A DNA stretch of 64,000 bases from a virus. The position numbers and the translations under genes are program-made. The notes beneath the pieces are model-generated. The model ran no database searches. It saw nothing but the letters and a program-made list of their open reading frames with translations, and was not told the DNA's origin. Shown here piece by piece: positions 37,139 to 47,679 of this stretch (position 1 is the first letter of the stretch; each line of letters begins with the position of its first letter). The stretch spans positions 1-64,000 of the IMG/VR virus record IMGVR_UViG_3300045988_176431; one strand, 5' to 3'.

Positions 37139-37913
37139 TGTTGTAAATAGCACCCTTATCTAGTAATAGATATTGAAAAACCTATCTAATTGCGGGGAAC
37201 TCTCGTTAGGTCTTAACTACTAACTCAAGATTATTATTTGAGGGCAAAGGGTAATTCCGGAGATATAGTAAAAAGGTTAAGAATAGAGACAATCGACGCA
37301 GCGAAGTTTATTCTAAAAAATAAATAATATGAAATATAAAGAATCAATAATTTTTATAAACGGTGAAAAAAACAAATTATTTAGTTAATACAAAAGGTGA
37401 TGTTATTTCTTTATGTTATAGAGGTATACCTAATAATAGGCATATTATGAAATGAGTAAATTATCTGAATCAGATGTTAAAAATATTTGTAAATTGTTAA
37501 AAAGTAATGTAAATCCAACTGACATTGCAAATAAATTAAATATATCAAGATCAAGTGTTTATAGTATTAAATATAAAAAAACTTGGAGAAGAATATCTGA
37601 TAAGTATTTAAAAGGAAGTGATAAAAAATGATTAGAAATAATATTCGCCGTTTATATTTAAATTATATTATTTAAATATAGAATAAATAAGTTCAACGAC
37701 TATCGAAAGTATAGGTTAAGAGAAATACTTAACTGAATAAACGAGTAGAGTAGACCAGGAGTCTGGGTGCACGAAATTGGTGCTTTACGAAATGGTAGGC
37801 TCCTTATATTTGGTAACAGAATATAAGGATGAAGATATAGTCTAGTATCTCATGGCGACATGAGGAAGTTTATTATAAAACTGGGTTATTTAACGAATAA
37901 TCTGAATACAACG
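37139..37913 (+). ncRNA. group I self-splicing intron (with ORF-bearing insertion)
   Basis: P1: exon GGUGU (37134-37138) pairs with GCACC (37150-37154), with U.G at 37138. Terminal G at 37913. Shares the core (ctatctaattgcggggaactctcgtta, agagacaatcgacgcag, ttcaacgactatcgaaag, gagtagagtagaccag..ctgggtg, gatatagtct, GNRA-capped hairpin 37849-37864) with the two other copies. Splicing restores GEFGVGLTVTNALS. Confidence 0.8.
37452..37631 (+). CDS. intron-encoded 59-aa helix-turn-helix ORF (probable homing-endonuclease remnant)
   Basis: MSKLSESDVKNICKLLKSNVNPTDIANKLNISRSSVYSIKYKKTWRRISDKYLKGSDKK resembles the C-terminal HTH module (LTExDVxxIRxL...IAxxxGVSRSTISxIxxxKTWKHI) of phage HNH-type homing endonucleases. 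No nuclease domain is present. Confidence 0.5.
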   Translation: MSKLSESDVKNICKLLKSNVNPTDIANKLNISRSSVYSIKYKKTWRRISDKYLKGSDKK

Positions 37914-40047
37914 AGGATTGACAGTAACTAATGCCCTCAGTTCATATTTTAAGTTAGCAACATATAGAAATGATTATGTTCATATTATTGAGTTTGAAGA
38001 GGGTAAAAAGATTAATGATGTGAATCGTCCTTTGAAAAAAGGAGAAAAGAAACATGGAACCATTACTGAATTTACTGTAAATGAAAAATATATGGGAAAG
38101 AATTCATCTCTTCCAATTGATACAGTAGTAGATTGGATTGATATGATGACTTATCAAATATCTGCTAAGATTAAAATCACAGTAGATATTTACGATGGTA
38201 TTAATCGAGTAGAAACAAAGAAATTTAAGGCTAGACCATTTGGTAAAATCATTGAGAAATTCGTTCCTGATATTAAGAAAGTTTTCTATGATCCAATTAT
38301 TTTATCTGGTGATTCTAGTATTGTTGAAACAATTACAGATTCAACGATTGATAGTAAAACGGATAAAGTAAAAGTAAAAGATAAGAAAGTGAAAAAAGAT
38401 ATTCATTTGGATGTTGTATTTACACATGATGATACACCAGAAAATGATTATGTATCTTTCTGTAATTTTACAAAGACAGATGAGGGTGGTGTTCATTTAG
38501 ATTCTGTTGAAGAGGTTGTTTGTCGTTTCTTCCAACAGAAAACAAAATCTTTTATGACAGATAAAGAAAAAGAGAAATGGGACATTACTTGGGCAGATAT
38601 TAAGTATGGACTTAAGATGGTTGTAAATCTTTCAACAAGTGCACAAGTTCAGTTTATGGGTAATGCAAAGAATAAAATTCAGAACGCTGAATTAAAACCG
38701 ATTCTGAAAGAAATCATTAATACTGAATTAACGAAGTATTATGAAAAGAATGAAGGAAAGATTCAAAGTATATGTAAACTGATTAAGTTGAATGCAAGAG
38801 CACGTGTAGAATCTCAGAAAGTTCGTACAGCAACGAAGATTCAAAAATTAGACCGTTTTGATGAACTTTCAATTCCTAACTATGTAAGTTGTAATAACAG
38901 AGGAAAGAAGTATAAAGAATTATTCCTTGTAGAGGGTGAACGTTCTGCAACAGGTTCTGTTCGTAATGGTAGAAATCACGATACACAGGCAATCTTTGGA
39001 TTCCGAGGTGTGACAAAGAATCCATATAAATGTAGTGTAAGCGAAGTTCTAAGTAACAACGAGTGGAAGAACTTTATAAAGGTATTAAGAACTGGATTCG
39101 GAAAAGATTTTGATATTAATAAATTATATTATGACAAAATCATTTTGTTAACAGATGCCGATATTGATGGATTTTATATTTCATCTGGTATTTGTGCATT
39201 TATTGCACTTCTTATGCCAGAGATTATTACAGAGGGTCATTTATACAAAGTATATCCACCATTATATCAGATTAAGGATGGAAAGAAATTTAAGTTCTTA
39301 AATTCAAAATCTGATTTAACAGAAGAATTCATGAAGAAAGTTACAAAGAAATATAAGATTTATCTTCAAGGAGATAAGAATCCTTTATCAAAGGATGAAC
39401 TTTTTGAGTTCTTATATGACACGCTTGAGTATTATAATGATTTGAAAGACCTTGGTAAATATTTCTCAGTGGATAAATATTTCATTGAGAGAGTTGCTAA
39501 CTTCTTATTAATTAATGATATTCACAAAGCAACAAATGTAGATAAGTATTTAGAAAGTAATAAATTCGTTACTTCTTTTATGAACTATTTACAGAAAGAA
39601 TATCCAGAAGTAAATCTGGAAAAGAAAAATCGTTTACGTGGTGTAGTAGAAGGACAGATTGCATCAATTAAGATAAACGATAGAAATCTTAAGAAGTTCT
39701 CTGATTTTGAGAATATCTTTAAAGATTATGGTTATGAAATCGTGATCGAAAATAAGGATACAAAGGAAAAGAGAACAATTACAGTCGGTAGATTTATGGA
39801 GGAAACTTATCCATTACGTCCAGATATTTATAGCCGATTTAAAGGACTTGGTGAAACTGATGCTGAAGATATGGGTAAAACTACGCTAGATCCAGAGAAT
39901 CGAATCTTAGTTCAACTTACGATGGATGATGCAAAAGAAGCATTGAAAATCTTTAATAAGTTAAATGGTAATAAAAAGAAGGATTCTGAACTTCGAAAAG
40001 AAATGATGCGTCAGTATAAGATTGATAAAGAAAATCTGGATAACTAA
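37914..40047 (+). CDS. type II DNA topoisomerase ATPase/TOPRIM subunit, exon 2
   Basis: Continues (V)GLTVTNALS, then the transducer region, TOPRIM LFLVEGERSATGS and LLTDADIDGFYI, and C-terminal GLGETDAEDM. Exons sum to 2502 nt (833 aa). Confidence 0.85.
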
Positions 40048-40064
40048 AAGGAGGGTGAACAGAA

Positions 40065-42455
40065 ATGGGTAAGACAAAAAGAAATGTTTATTTAAATCCA
40101 CGACGTGGTGAAAAACAAAGTTTTGATGTTGCTCTTGCTTGTGAAGAGTGGTCAAAAGTATTTGGTGCAAATAAAAATATTTTTCGAACGACACCATCTA
40201 TGATTGATTCATTAAAACCAGTACAGTTAAGAATTTTGTATTGCCTTTATATGAGTGATAATCATGGAATGAAGAATCGTAAAGCAGCAGCTGTTACTGG
40301 TGAAGTAATGGGTAAATATCACCCACATGGAGATGCATCTATTTATGAAAGTATTGTAAAGATGTGTCAACCTTGGAAAAATCATGTTACTCTATTAGAT
40401 GGACATGGTAATTTTGGATCCATTGCAGGTGATTCTGCAGCCGCTATGCGTTATACTGAAGTGAAGATGAGTAAGTTTGCGATGGATTGTTTCTTTAGTG
40501 ATTTCGAAAGAACGAATATTCCAACACGTGAAACTTATACAGGAGATTCAACAGAACCAATTTATCTCCCATCTAAGTATCCAGTAATTTTATTTAATCC
40601 ATCATTTTCTGGAATTGGATTTGGACTTGCATCTAATATTCCACCTTTTAATCCAAAAGAAGTAATGGATGCAACAATTACGTTGATTCGAGATAAGAAA
40701 GCAAAAATTCGTTTGATTCCAGATTCACCAACTGGATGTGATATTATTGATACTGGCTATTTTGACCAGATTAATAAGACTGGTAAAGGAAAAATTATGA
40801 TGCAGGCTACTTATGATATTGATTATCAGGCAAATATTGTGACCTTTACATCAGTTCCTTTACAGGTTGGGACAAAAAATGTAATCGCATCTATTGTTAA
40901 GATGAAAAAAGAAGGAAAACTGGATGAGATTGTTGATGTTACAGATAGAACAGCAAATTCAAAAGTAGACTTCTCTTTAATCTTAAAGAAAGATGTGAAT
41001 CCAGATAAGTTTGTTGAAAAGTTATTTAAGAAGAAATGTGGACTTCGTGAAGGATTTTCTTGTGAAATTCAAGTAATTGATGATTTTGCACCAAGACTTC
41101 TTGGAGTAAAGAAGATTCTTCTTGAATGGATTGATTATCGAAGAGATTGTATTCATTCTATTTATAATAACTATTTGATGAAGTATCAAACAGATTATCA
41201 TATGAATCTTATCCTTATGAAGATTTTCAATAAAGATAATATTGAAAAGACAATTAAGATTTCAAGAAACTCAAAAACAAAAGCTGAGATGAAAGAGAAT
41301 CTTATAAAAGCATACGGAATCACAACACTTCAGGCTGAAGCAATCTCTAATATGAGAACAAGTGATTTCGTAAAGGATAAGTATAAAGAGTACGAAGAAA
41401 AAGATAAAGACCTTACTGAAAAAATTAAGAAAGTAGAAAAAGTTCTTGATTCTGATCATGAGGTAGATAAAATCATTATCAAACAATTAGAAGATGGAAT
41501 TCGTAAGTATGGCGGTCCTAGATTATCCCGTGTCATTAAAGAGGGAGAAGAAGAACTGATTCCAAATACGAATTATTTGATTGGAATTAGTAAGGATGGT
41601 TATATTAAGAAAATTTCAGCAGATGAATATGTATCAATTGGTTCTGTTGGAAAAACATCTTCAGTATCAGCAATCAAAATCAATAACCGAGATAATCTTC
41701 TAGTTTTTGATAGTCTTGGTAATATATCAAGGGTTATGGTTTCTATTATTCCTGATATGAAATATGATGAAAATGGAATTGAACTTGCTAGATTCCTTAC
41801 TACAAGTGGTGAAATTGTTACTATTATGAAAGAAAGTGAAGTCAAGGAATGTGTAAATTCTAACATCATGTTAGTAACACAAAATGGATTCGGTAAAAAA
41901 GTATCTTTATCTGAATTTAAGAACTTAACAGACCAAAAAGTTTCTATCACATTGAATGAGGGTGATAAGTTAGTTTCAGCAATTCCATCAATTGAGAGTG
42001 ATGACATTATTGTATACACAAACTTTGGTGATGGTATCAGACTTTCAACTGACGAATTTAAATTATATGGTAAAACTGCAAAAGGCTTGAATTTAATTTC
42101 TTTGAAACAGAATGAAAAAGTCATTGGAATGGATGTTATTGATAATACAAAAGAGAAAGATAAATTAGTATATATCACAACATCTGGTAGATTGAAAATG
42201 ACAAAAACGGAATATTTCCCTGTTATGAAGAGAAAAGATGAAGCATTAGCACTTTTATCATTAGAGAGTGGGGAACAACTTTTGAATGTATTCTCAGTTT
42301 CTGGAAAAGAAAGAATTGAATGTTATAGAAAGAAATCAAAACCAGTTACTGTTGAATTAAAGGATGTTCCAATTAAGACACGTATTTCAAAAGCTGAAAA
42401 GATTATAAAGACACCAAAAGGTGATGAAGTATTGGCTTGTAAGTTAATACGATAA
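40065..42455 (+). CDS. type II DNA topoisomerase DNA-cleavage subunit (GyrA/ParC / T4 gp52-like)
   Basis: YHPHGDASIYESIVKMCQPW and AAMRYTEVKM (catalytic Tyr motif). Confidence 0.85.
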   Translation: MGKTKRNVYLNPRRGEKQSFDVALACEEWSKVFGANKNIFRTTPSMIDSLKPVQLRILYCLYMSDNHGMKNRKAAAVTGEVMGKYHPHGDASIYESIVKMCQPWKNHVTLLDGHGNFGSIAGDSAAAMRYTEVKMSKFAMDCFFSDFERTNIPTRETYTGDSTEPIYLPSKYPVILFNPSFSGIGFGLASNIPPFNPKEVMDATITLIRDKKAKIRLIPDSPTGCDIIDTGYFDQINKTGKGKIMMQATYDIDYQANIVTFTSVPLQVGTKNVIASIVKMKKEGKLDEIVDVTDRTANSKVDFSLILKKDVNPDKFVEKLFKKKCGLREGFSCEIQVIDDFAPRLLGVKKILLEWIDYRRDCIHSIYNNYLMKYQTDYHMNLILMKIFNKDNIEKTIKISRNSKTKAEMKENLIKAYGITTLQAEAISNMRTSDFVKDKYKEYEEKDKDLTEKIKKVEKVLDSDHEVDKIIIKQLEDGIRKYGGPRLSRVIKEGEEELIPNTNYLIGISKDGYIKKISADEYVSIGSVGKTSSVSAIKINNRDNLLVFDSLGNISRVMVSIIPDMKYDENGIELARFLTTSGEIVTIMKESEVKECVNSNIMLVTQNGFGKKVSLSEFKNLTDQKVSITLNEGDKLVSAIPSIESDDIIVYTNFGDGIRLSTDEFKLYGKTAKGLNLISLKQNEKVIGMDVIDNTKEKDKLVYITTSGRLKMTKTEYFPVMKRKDEALALLSLESGEQLLNVFSVSGKERIECYRKKSKPVTVELKDVPIKTRISKAEKIIKTPKGDEVLACKLIR

Positions 42456-42458
42456 AAA

Positions 42459-42497
42459 ATAAAAAGAAAGTATCCAAATTGGATACTTTCTTTTTTT
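42459..42497. terminator. bidirectional terminator
   Basis: aaaaagaaagtatcc aaatt ggatactttcttttt. Confidence 0.75.
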
Positions 42498-42888
42498 ATC
42501 TTCTGTTCAAGATACTTAATTCATTAATGAATTCTGAAATCTTATCATTAAAGATCAATGTTAATTTTTCTGGTTCAAAATCAATAACAGAAGGACATTC
42601 ATTAATGTATAATATTAATGACCAATAATCAACTGTTCCATACATCTCTAATGATACCCGTTTCGGCTGAAAACGAAATCTATTTTGTTCTTTTTCAGAT
42701 AATGGAACCGTATAAGTTAAGTCATCAAAGTATTCTTTATATTTTGAAAATAATGGATTGAAAGGTATTTTAATCGTTGTATCATTTTGATCATCTGTGA
42801 TAAAAGCACAAGAATTTAATACACGATGACCTACTAATGAATTTAAGCCAATTTCAATACTTTCTTCTATGGTTGGTGGATTATACAT
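42496..42888 (-). CDS. hypothetical protein
   Basis: 130-aa ORF. Confidence 0.7.
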   Translation of the reverse strand: MYNPPTIEESIEIGLNSLVGHRVLNSCAFITDDQNDTTIKIPFNPLFSKYKEYFDDLTYTVPLSEKEQNRFRFQPKRVSLEMYGTVDYWSLILYINECPSVIDFEPEKLTLIFNDKISEFINELSILNRR

Positions 42889-42899
42889 AATTTATCACC

Positions 42900-43430
42900 T
42901 CATTTTTCTTTGTATTCAATTCCTAATGTTAAGTTATTTGAATCTTCATAATAATTGTCAGGATTCACTAATAAAGTTTCATCATCCTTTTTCAATACAT
43001 CAAGATTTAATCTTGGAGTAATTTTATTTTCATTTTCAGTTGTTGACTCATTTGTTGAAATGTCTCTTATATTAGTATTAAAGTATACTTGCCGTAAACT
43101 ATCATTTGCATAAAATACATAAACTTTTTCACCATTTTTTAATCCATCTGAATAATTTGAATTACCCTCAGCTGTTGCTAATATGTAATTCAGAGTTCTT
43201 AATTTTGTTTTAGATGTTGGCATACAAGAGGATGCATTTGCAAAAATATAAGAGGGAGAATCGACTGGTACAATTTGTATTTCTTTCTCTTTTCCTTGTG
43301 GGATGCTTGACATTAATTTTGGAATATATAAAGGAATTTTATCTCCAGATTTCACCTTGGTATGGTTTCCTATTACATATCCAATACTAGCATCACTTAA
43401 ATCATAATTTAATGAAAGAGATGTTATCAT
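42900..43430 (-). CDS. hypothetical protein (possible OB-fold baseplate/spike-like N-terminus, speculative)
   Basis: IGYVIGNHTKVKSGDKIPLYIPKLM loosely resembles the G.V....V.V.IP.L pattern of gp5/gpV-type spike N-domains. Confidence 0.6.
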   Translation of the reverse strand: MITSLSLNYDLSDASIGYVIGNHTKVKSGDKIPLYIPKLMSSIPQGKEKEIQIVPVDSPSYIFANASSCMPTSKTKLRTLNYILATAEGNSNYSDGLKNGEKVYVFYANDSLRQVYFNTNIRDISTNESTTENENKITPRLNLDVLKKDDETLLVNPDNYYEDSNNLTLGIEYKEK

Positions 43431-43539
43431 AATTCTTCACCCTTTCTTTTTTATTAAAGTAATGTCATAAAAAGAAAAAGATACTTTTCAATAGTGAGAA
43501 TCACAATACATTAAAATTTATATAGAAAGGGGTATACCT

Positions 43540-44733
43540 ATGGGTATATTATTAAATAATGAACAAATTTACGCTTGTTATGACATCGAGAATTGGTGGC
43601 ATAAATCAAGTAATCAATTATACGAAATTGATGGTCCTGCCGGTTCAGGAAAAACAACTTTGATTCGATATTTTATCGATAGAATTGGATTAAAATTAGA
43701 AGATGTATTATTTGTATCATATATGGGAAAAGCTGTATCACAAATGGCTCGAAATGGTCTTCCTGCTAGAACCATTCATTCTTCTATTTATGATTGTGAA
43801 AAAGTGATATGTAGAGATGAAGATGGTAAAATCATTTATCAACCAAGTGGAAAACCAAAAAAGAAATTAACTTTTGTATTAAAAGATAAAATTCCAACAA
43901 ATCCAAAGTTAATTGTTATCGATGAAGCATTTATGGTTCCTGAAAAAACAGCAGAAGATATTTTATCATTTGGGATTCCTACGATTGCAACTGGTGATAC
44001 ACATCAGTTACCTCCAGTATTTGGTAACCCATATTTCTTAAATAATCCAAATACTTCATTGAAACAAGTAATGAGGCAAAAAGAGGGAGACCCTATCATT
44101 TATCTTTCTCAAGAGTTATTACATCATCGACCTTTAAAAGAGGGTGTATATAAAAAGTCATGTGTAATTCCGAAAAAGAACTTAACAGATTTTATGTTAA
44201 AGTCTGCAGATGTAATTATTACAGGAACAAATCGATTGAGAAGTTCGATTAATAATCTTTTTCGAGAATCTTTTTTGGATTTACCTACATTGGAATATCC
44301 AAATTATGGTGAAAAGATTATTTGCAGAAGAAATGATTGGTCAAAATTTATTCGAGAGAATGGAGAAATTTATTTAACAAACGGATTGTCTGGTACGGTT
44401 GATTATGTTGATAGAGAAACCTATAATAAAAACTCTATCAATATTGATTTTAAACCAGATTTTACAAATAAGAATTTTAAGAATATTAAGGCAAGTATTC
44501 CTTATATTAACATGAAACTTGGTACAGAAGAATCTGCTAATTTTTATGCACCACCAGGTGTTAATTTATTTGAATATGCTTATGCTATAACAACACATCT
44601 TTCTCAGGGCTCTCAATATGACAATGTTGTCTTCTTAAAAGAGAAGAATTTCTTTAATAATGAGAAAGATTATTATCGTTTACTTTATACCGCAGTAACA
44701 AGAGCACGAGAAAGTATTACTTATGTTGTATAA
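43540..44733 (+). CDS. SF1 RecD/Dda-like DNA helicase
   Basis: GPAGSGKTT (Walker A), VIDEAFMV (Walker B), ATGDTHQLPPV, AITTHLSQGSQYDNV, LLYTAVTRARESI. Confidence 0.8.
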   Translation: MGILLNNEQIYACYDIENWWHKSSNQLYEIDGPAGSGKTTLIRYFIDRIGLKLEDVLFVSYMGKAVSQMARNGLPARTIHSSIYDCEKVICRDEDGKIIYQPSGKPKKKLTFVLKDKIPTNPKLIVIDEAFMVPEKTAEDILSFGIPTIATGDTHQLPPVFGNPYFLNNPNTSLKQVMRQKEGDPIIYLSQELLHHRPLKEGVYKKSCVIPKKNLTDFMLKSADVIITGTNRLRSSINNLFRESFLDLPTLEYPNYGEKIICRRNDWSKFIRENGEIYLTNGLSGTVDYVDRETYNKNSINIDFKPDFTNKNFKNIKASIPYINMKLGTEESANFYAPPGVNLFEYAYAITTHLSQGSQYDNVVFLKEKNFFNNEKDYYRLLYTAVTRARESITYVV

Positions 44734-44795
44734 AATTTAGTCATTCTTTTTAGTTATGTAATATATTTTTGTATTAAACTAGAAAGGATGATAAT

Positions 44796-44894
44796 ATGAA
44801 GACATTGAAAAAGAACATAAAAGAATTATTTGAAGATATTAGAGAAGCATTTATTGAATTAGATGATGCAATCTCTAATATCTTCATTTCTTAG
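44796..44894 (+). CDS. small ORF (32 aa)
   Basis: AGAAAGGATG RBS. MKTLKKNIKELFEDIREAFIELDDAISNIFIS. Confidence 0.4.
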   Translation: MKTLKKNIKELFEDIREAFIELDDAISNIFIS

Positions 44895-44907
44895 GAGGTG
44901 AAAAAAT

Positions 44908-45021
44908 ATGATTCGTGATGTACTTAAAGTAATTTTAGCAGCTGATTTGTTTGTATTTATTCTAGCAATTATTTTACTTATCATTGCTTTTATTATTTGT
45001 AGGATTAAGAGAAAAAAGTGA
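44908..45021 (+). CDS. small single-pass membrane peptide (37 aa)
   Basis: TAGGAGGTGA RBS. MIRDVLKVILAADLFVFILAIILLIIAFIICRIKRKK. Confidence 0.5.
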   Translation: MIRDVLKVILAADLFVFILAIILLIIAFIICRIKRKK

Positions 45022-45031
45022 GGCTAAATAT

Positions 45032-45577
45032 ATGAAGTTATATGTTTTTTACATGATACGAAATGTAAAGAAAGAACTTATCGATACACCGATCATGTAT
45101 GCTATTACAGATGATTCTGACTATGCAAAAGCGTTTGAAAGAACGAGAAATATGAAATATTTCTATAAAAAAGAAATTGAGTGTAGTAGAAAAGAAGCCA
45201 TGAAAGAAATGGACCGAGCAAGGGCACCTATACTTACTTTAACGACTTTAAAAACTCAGAAAAGTAATATGAGTACAAAAGTTTCTCTTGTTTGTACATG
45301 GGAAGAAGAATCAAGAGTCTTGCTAGACGCACCTAGTATTTATTTTAATCATGTCTCTAAAAACATGATTAATCCTGATGTTTTCTCGGATAAAGTAAAA
45401 ATGTATTTAGATGATATTGATTATTTAAATACTTGGCGATACCAAGAATCTAAAAATGATCCTATACTTACAGAAGAATTTATGTTTTCATCAGATAATT
45501 ATATTATCTCAAGAAATATTGATGAGCTTATGATTTTTCTAAAGTCTTATGGGTGGATGATGAAAATTGATGAATGA
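45032..45577 (+). CDS. paralog family member 6 (dispersed copy)
   Basis: MKLYVFYMI, PIMYAITDDSDYAKAFERTRNM, INPDVFSDKVKMYLDDIDY. Same architecture as 12901..15764. Confidence 0.8.
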   Translation: MKLYVFYMIRNVKKELIDTPIMYAITDDSDYAKAFERTRNMKYFYKKEIECSRKEAMKEMDRARAPILTLTTLKTQKSNMSTKVSLVCTWEEESRVLLDAPSIYFNHVSKNMINPDVFSDKVKMYLDDIDYLNTWRYQESKNDPILTEEFMFSSDNYIISRNIDELMIFLKSYGWMMKIDE

Positions 45578-45592
45578 GAAAGGATGATAAAA

Positions 45593-46582
45593 ATGGCAAA
45601 TAGTGAAATTATGAATTCCCTTACAACGATTGTATATTTGACTGAAAAAGTAAAAGAATATGAAGATGGATATTTGAAACGTAATTATTTTAATATGCAG
45701 AAATGTTGTAAGTTTTTATTTGATGTACTTGGGGTAGAAGAGGTTTCTAAACATCTTAAAAACCCATATAAGAAACACTTTTTAGCGTATACCACAGGTG
45801 TAAAAGATGATACTATTAATTCAAAAGCAACAGAAAGTTTAGTAAAGCAATCTATGTTTCTTCTTATTAAAGTCTATTTAAAGAAAGGCTATCATATAGA
45901 TGAACTGGAGAAATACCTTTCTATGAAATTACCAACTGAAAAACTGATTATTAAAAGTTTCAATGTTTGGTATAATAAGAAAAAAGAAGATGTTAAAAAA
46001 ATTCTTAAAGTGAATATTTCTTATAAGAAGAATGATACTAAAGTAATTAAACTTATCGATGAAATATTGAAGAAAACAAATGATGAAATTGTTGATGAAT
46101 TTCTTAAATCAGGATATAATTCTGTTATTTTTGATAATAGATATATAAATCAATCAGAGTTTCAGCAGTATAATGCTAAAATAAAAGAAATTGTAAACGA
46201 TATAAAGACATTTAAAAATGAACCAAAGAAATTAGAAAAGGCAAGAAATAAACTTGGTAAAAAATTGAGAAATCGATATCGGTATCGGAAATCTTATTTT
46301 CAGAATTTAGATAAAGATAATTTTTCCGCATTCATGGATATGATTGATACTGTAATTGCACAGAATAAGAATTTTAATATCGTTTTGAGTCAATTTGGAT
46401 ATGAAGAAAAAAACCTTGTAGATTATGATGAACTTATTAAGGAATTTCTTACATATTTTAAAGAAGAAACTTTTGCTTCTTTAACAAAGAGGGTTATTGT
46501 TGAACGAAAGAAAGCGAAACAGAAACAAATCGAATGTGCTCAGAATGAAGATTTAGCATCATCAATTTCAAATTTGATTTAA
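45593..46582 (+). CDS. hypothetical protein
   Basis: ATG after GAGAAAGGATG. 329 aa. Confidence 0.75.
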   Translation: MANSEIMNSLTTIVYLTEKVKEYEDGYLKRNYFNMQKCCKFLFDVLGVEEVSKHLKNPYKKHFLAYTTGVKDDTINSKATESLVKQSMFLLIKVYLKKGYHIDELEKYLSMKLPTEKLIIKSFNVWYNKKKEDVKKILKVNISYKKNDTKVIKLIDEILKKTNDEIVDEFLKSGYNSVIFDNRYINQSEFQQYNAKIKEIVNDIKTFKNEPKKLEKARNKLGKKLRNRYRYRKSYFQNLDKDNFSAFMDMIDTVIAQNKNFNIVLSQFGYEEKNLVDYDELIKEFLTYFKEETFASLTKRVIVERKKAKQKQIECAQNEDLASSISNLI

Positions 46583-46588
46583 TAGTTG

Positions 46589-46630
46589 AAAAGAGAGTAT
46601 GTAGAATTTATCTACATACTCTCTTTTTTT
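46589..46630. terminator. bidirectional terminator between convergent genes
   Basis: 17-bp stem aaaagagagtatgtaga/tctacatactctctttt. Confidence 0.75.
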
Positions 46631-47679
46631 AATATGATATTTTCTTTTTTTACACCATAGTCTTTTGTTTTTACATTGTGATATAAATTAATCTTTTTAA
46701 ATAATGGTCTGTATTTTTTTAATACAGAATGTAAAAACTGAAAACTTGTAGGGTATACTTTATTTCTATTCTTTTTATCTTTGTTAAAAGTTTCATCATT
46801 ATCAGCAAATATATTAATTGTGATATTATCACCTACTAAGCCTAAATTAATAAGAAATGATATCATAGATGAATATTTGCTTCCACCGACTGCAATATTC
46901 ATTGTATTATCACTCAAATAATCAAAATGATTGGCAACACCAATACAGTCGAATACCCCTTCACTTAGGTTAATTGTTATCTCTTCTTTTGTCAAAATAT
47001 CAATTGGATTTTGTTTAATCGTATAGAATACACGATTTAAGTTACTATCTTTTGTTATCGGATATTTTATCCAAGAAATTTTATTTTTATTTGTAACATC
47101 TCGAAATAGAATATGTGAATTACCATTTGTCATAAATCCAACATAATCTCTTTGTATCATATTTAATACATAATTATTGAAAGGTCTATCTTTAATACGA
47201 TTCATTGCTAAAAAATCATATAGAGATGTAATTACTTTCATATTTTCAAATTCTTCTTTTGTAAATTTCTTTCCTAATCGGTTTGAAATATAATTTAGTT
47301 TTTCAGGCATTATTGTAATATCTGGTAATTTGAAATCAAAATCTACAATCAATGCTTCTTTCTTATATTTCTTAGACGTTCTTTTCATATTTAATAATTC
47401 ATTTTTTAATGAATTATCACAACCGATTAATTCTAATAACTCTTCTGTTATATAAGAACTAAATTCGCCACATTTAAAACAATTGTAAGCGATATTATAA
47501 TCGTTGTCTAAATCTATTTTTAAATATAAATGTCCTTCATTCATATTCTTTTGTGTGTCTCCACAAAATGGACATCTCATGCGATATTGTCCTTCATGGA
47601 CTTTTTTGAAATATTCACCATTTCGTTGTTTTTCATATAAGAAATCAATAAAATGTTGTTTTGCTTCTCTTGGGGTCAT
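46612..47679 (-). CDS. DNA primase (zinc finger + TOPRIM)
   Basis: Start at 47679 after TAGGAGGG. CPFCGD...CFKCG zinc-binding motif, EGVFDCIG and FADNDE TOPRIM-like acidic motifs. Confidence 0.6.
   Translation of the reverse strand: MTPREAKQHFIDFLYEKQRNGEYFKKVHEGQYRMRCPFCGDTQKNMNEGHLYLKIDLDNDYNIAYNCFKCGEFSSYITEELLELIGCDNSLKNELLNMKRTSKKYKKEALIVDFDFKLPDITIMPEKLNYISNRLGKKFTKEEFENMKVITSLYDFLAMNRIKDRPFNNYVLNMIQRDYVGFMTNGNSHILFRDVTNKNKISWIKYPITKDSNLNRVFYTIKQNPIDILTKEEITINLSEGVFDCIGVANHFDYLSDNTMNIAVGGSKYSSMISFLINLGLVGDNITINIFADNDETFNKDKKNRNKVYPTSFQFLHSVLKKYRPLFKKINLYHNVKTKDYGVKKENIILKKESM

Noticed and set aside
37139-37163. C-terminal residues VVNSTLI* of ORF 36771..37163, the tail KITGREKVA* of ORF 53111..54049, and the TTG 'starts' at 37918, 52760 and 62237
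   Set aside because: These are read-through into introns, or intron-internal pseudo-starts. The motifs are restored only by the proposed splice junctions. VVNSTL superficially mimics VTNALS but lies within the P1 loop and guide region.
37329-37388. 19-aa ORF MKYKESIIFINGEKNKLFS at the start of the intron insertion
   Set aside because: It is too short, has no RBS, and shows no convincing GIY-YIG, HNH or NUMOD motif. It is treated only as possible debris of a decayed endonuclease gene.
41600-42178. 192-aa minus-strand ORF, and similar antisense ORFs (e.g. 20811..21113, 24141..24443, 30435..30731, 35741..35971, 50465..50819, 63261..63503)
   Set aside because: They are entirely embedded antisense within well-supported genes. 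Their composition is low-complexity S/F/L/I-rich and they have no RBS.
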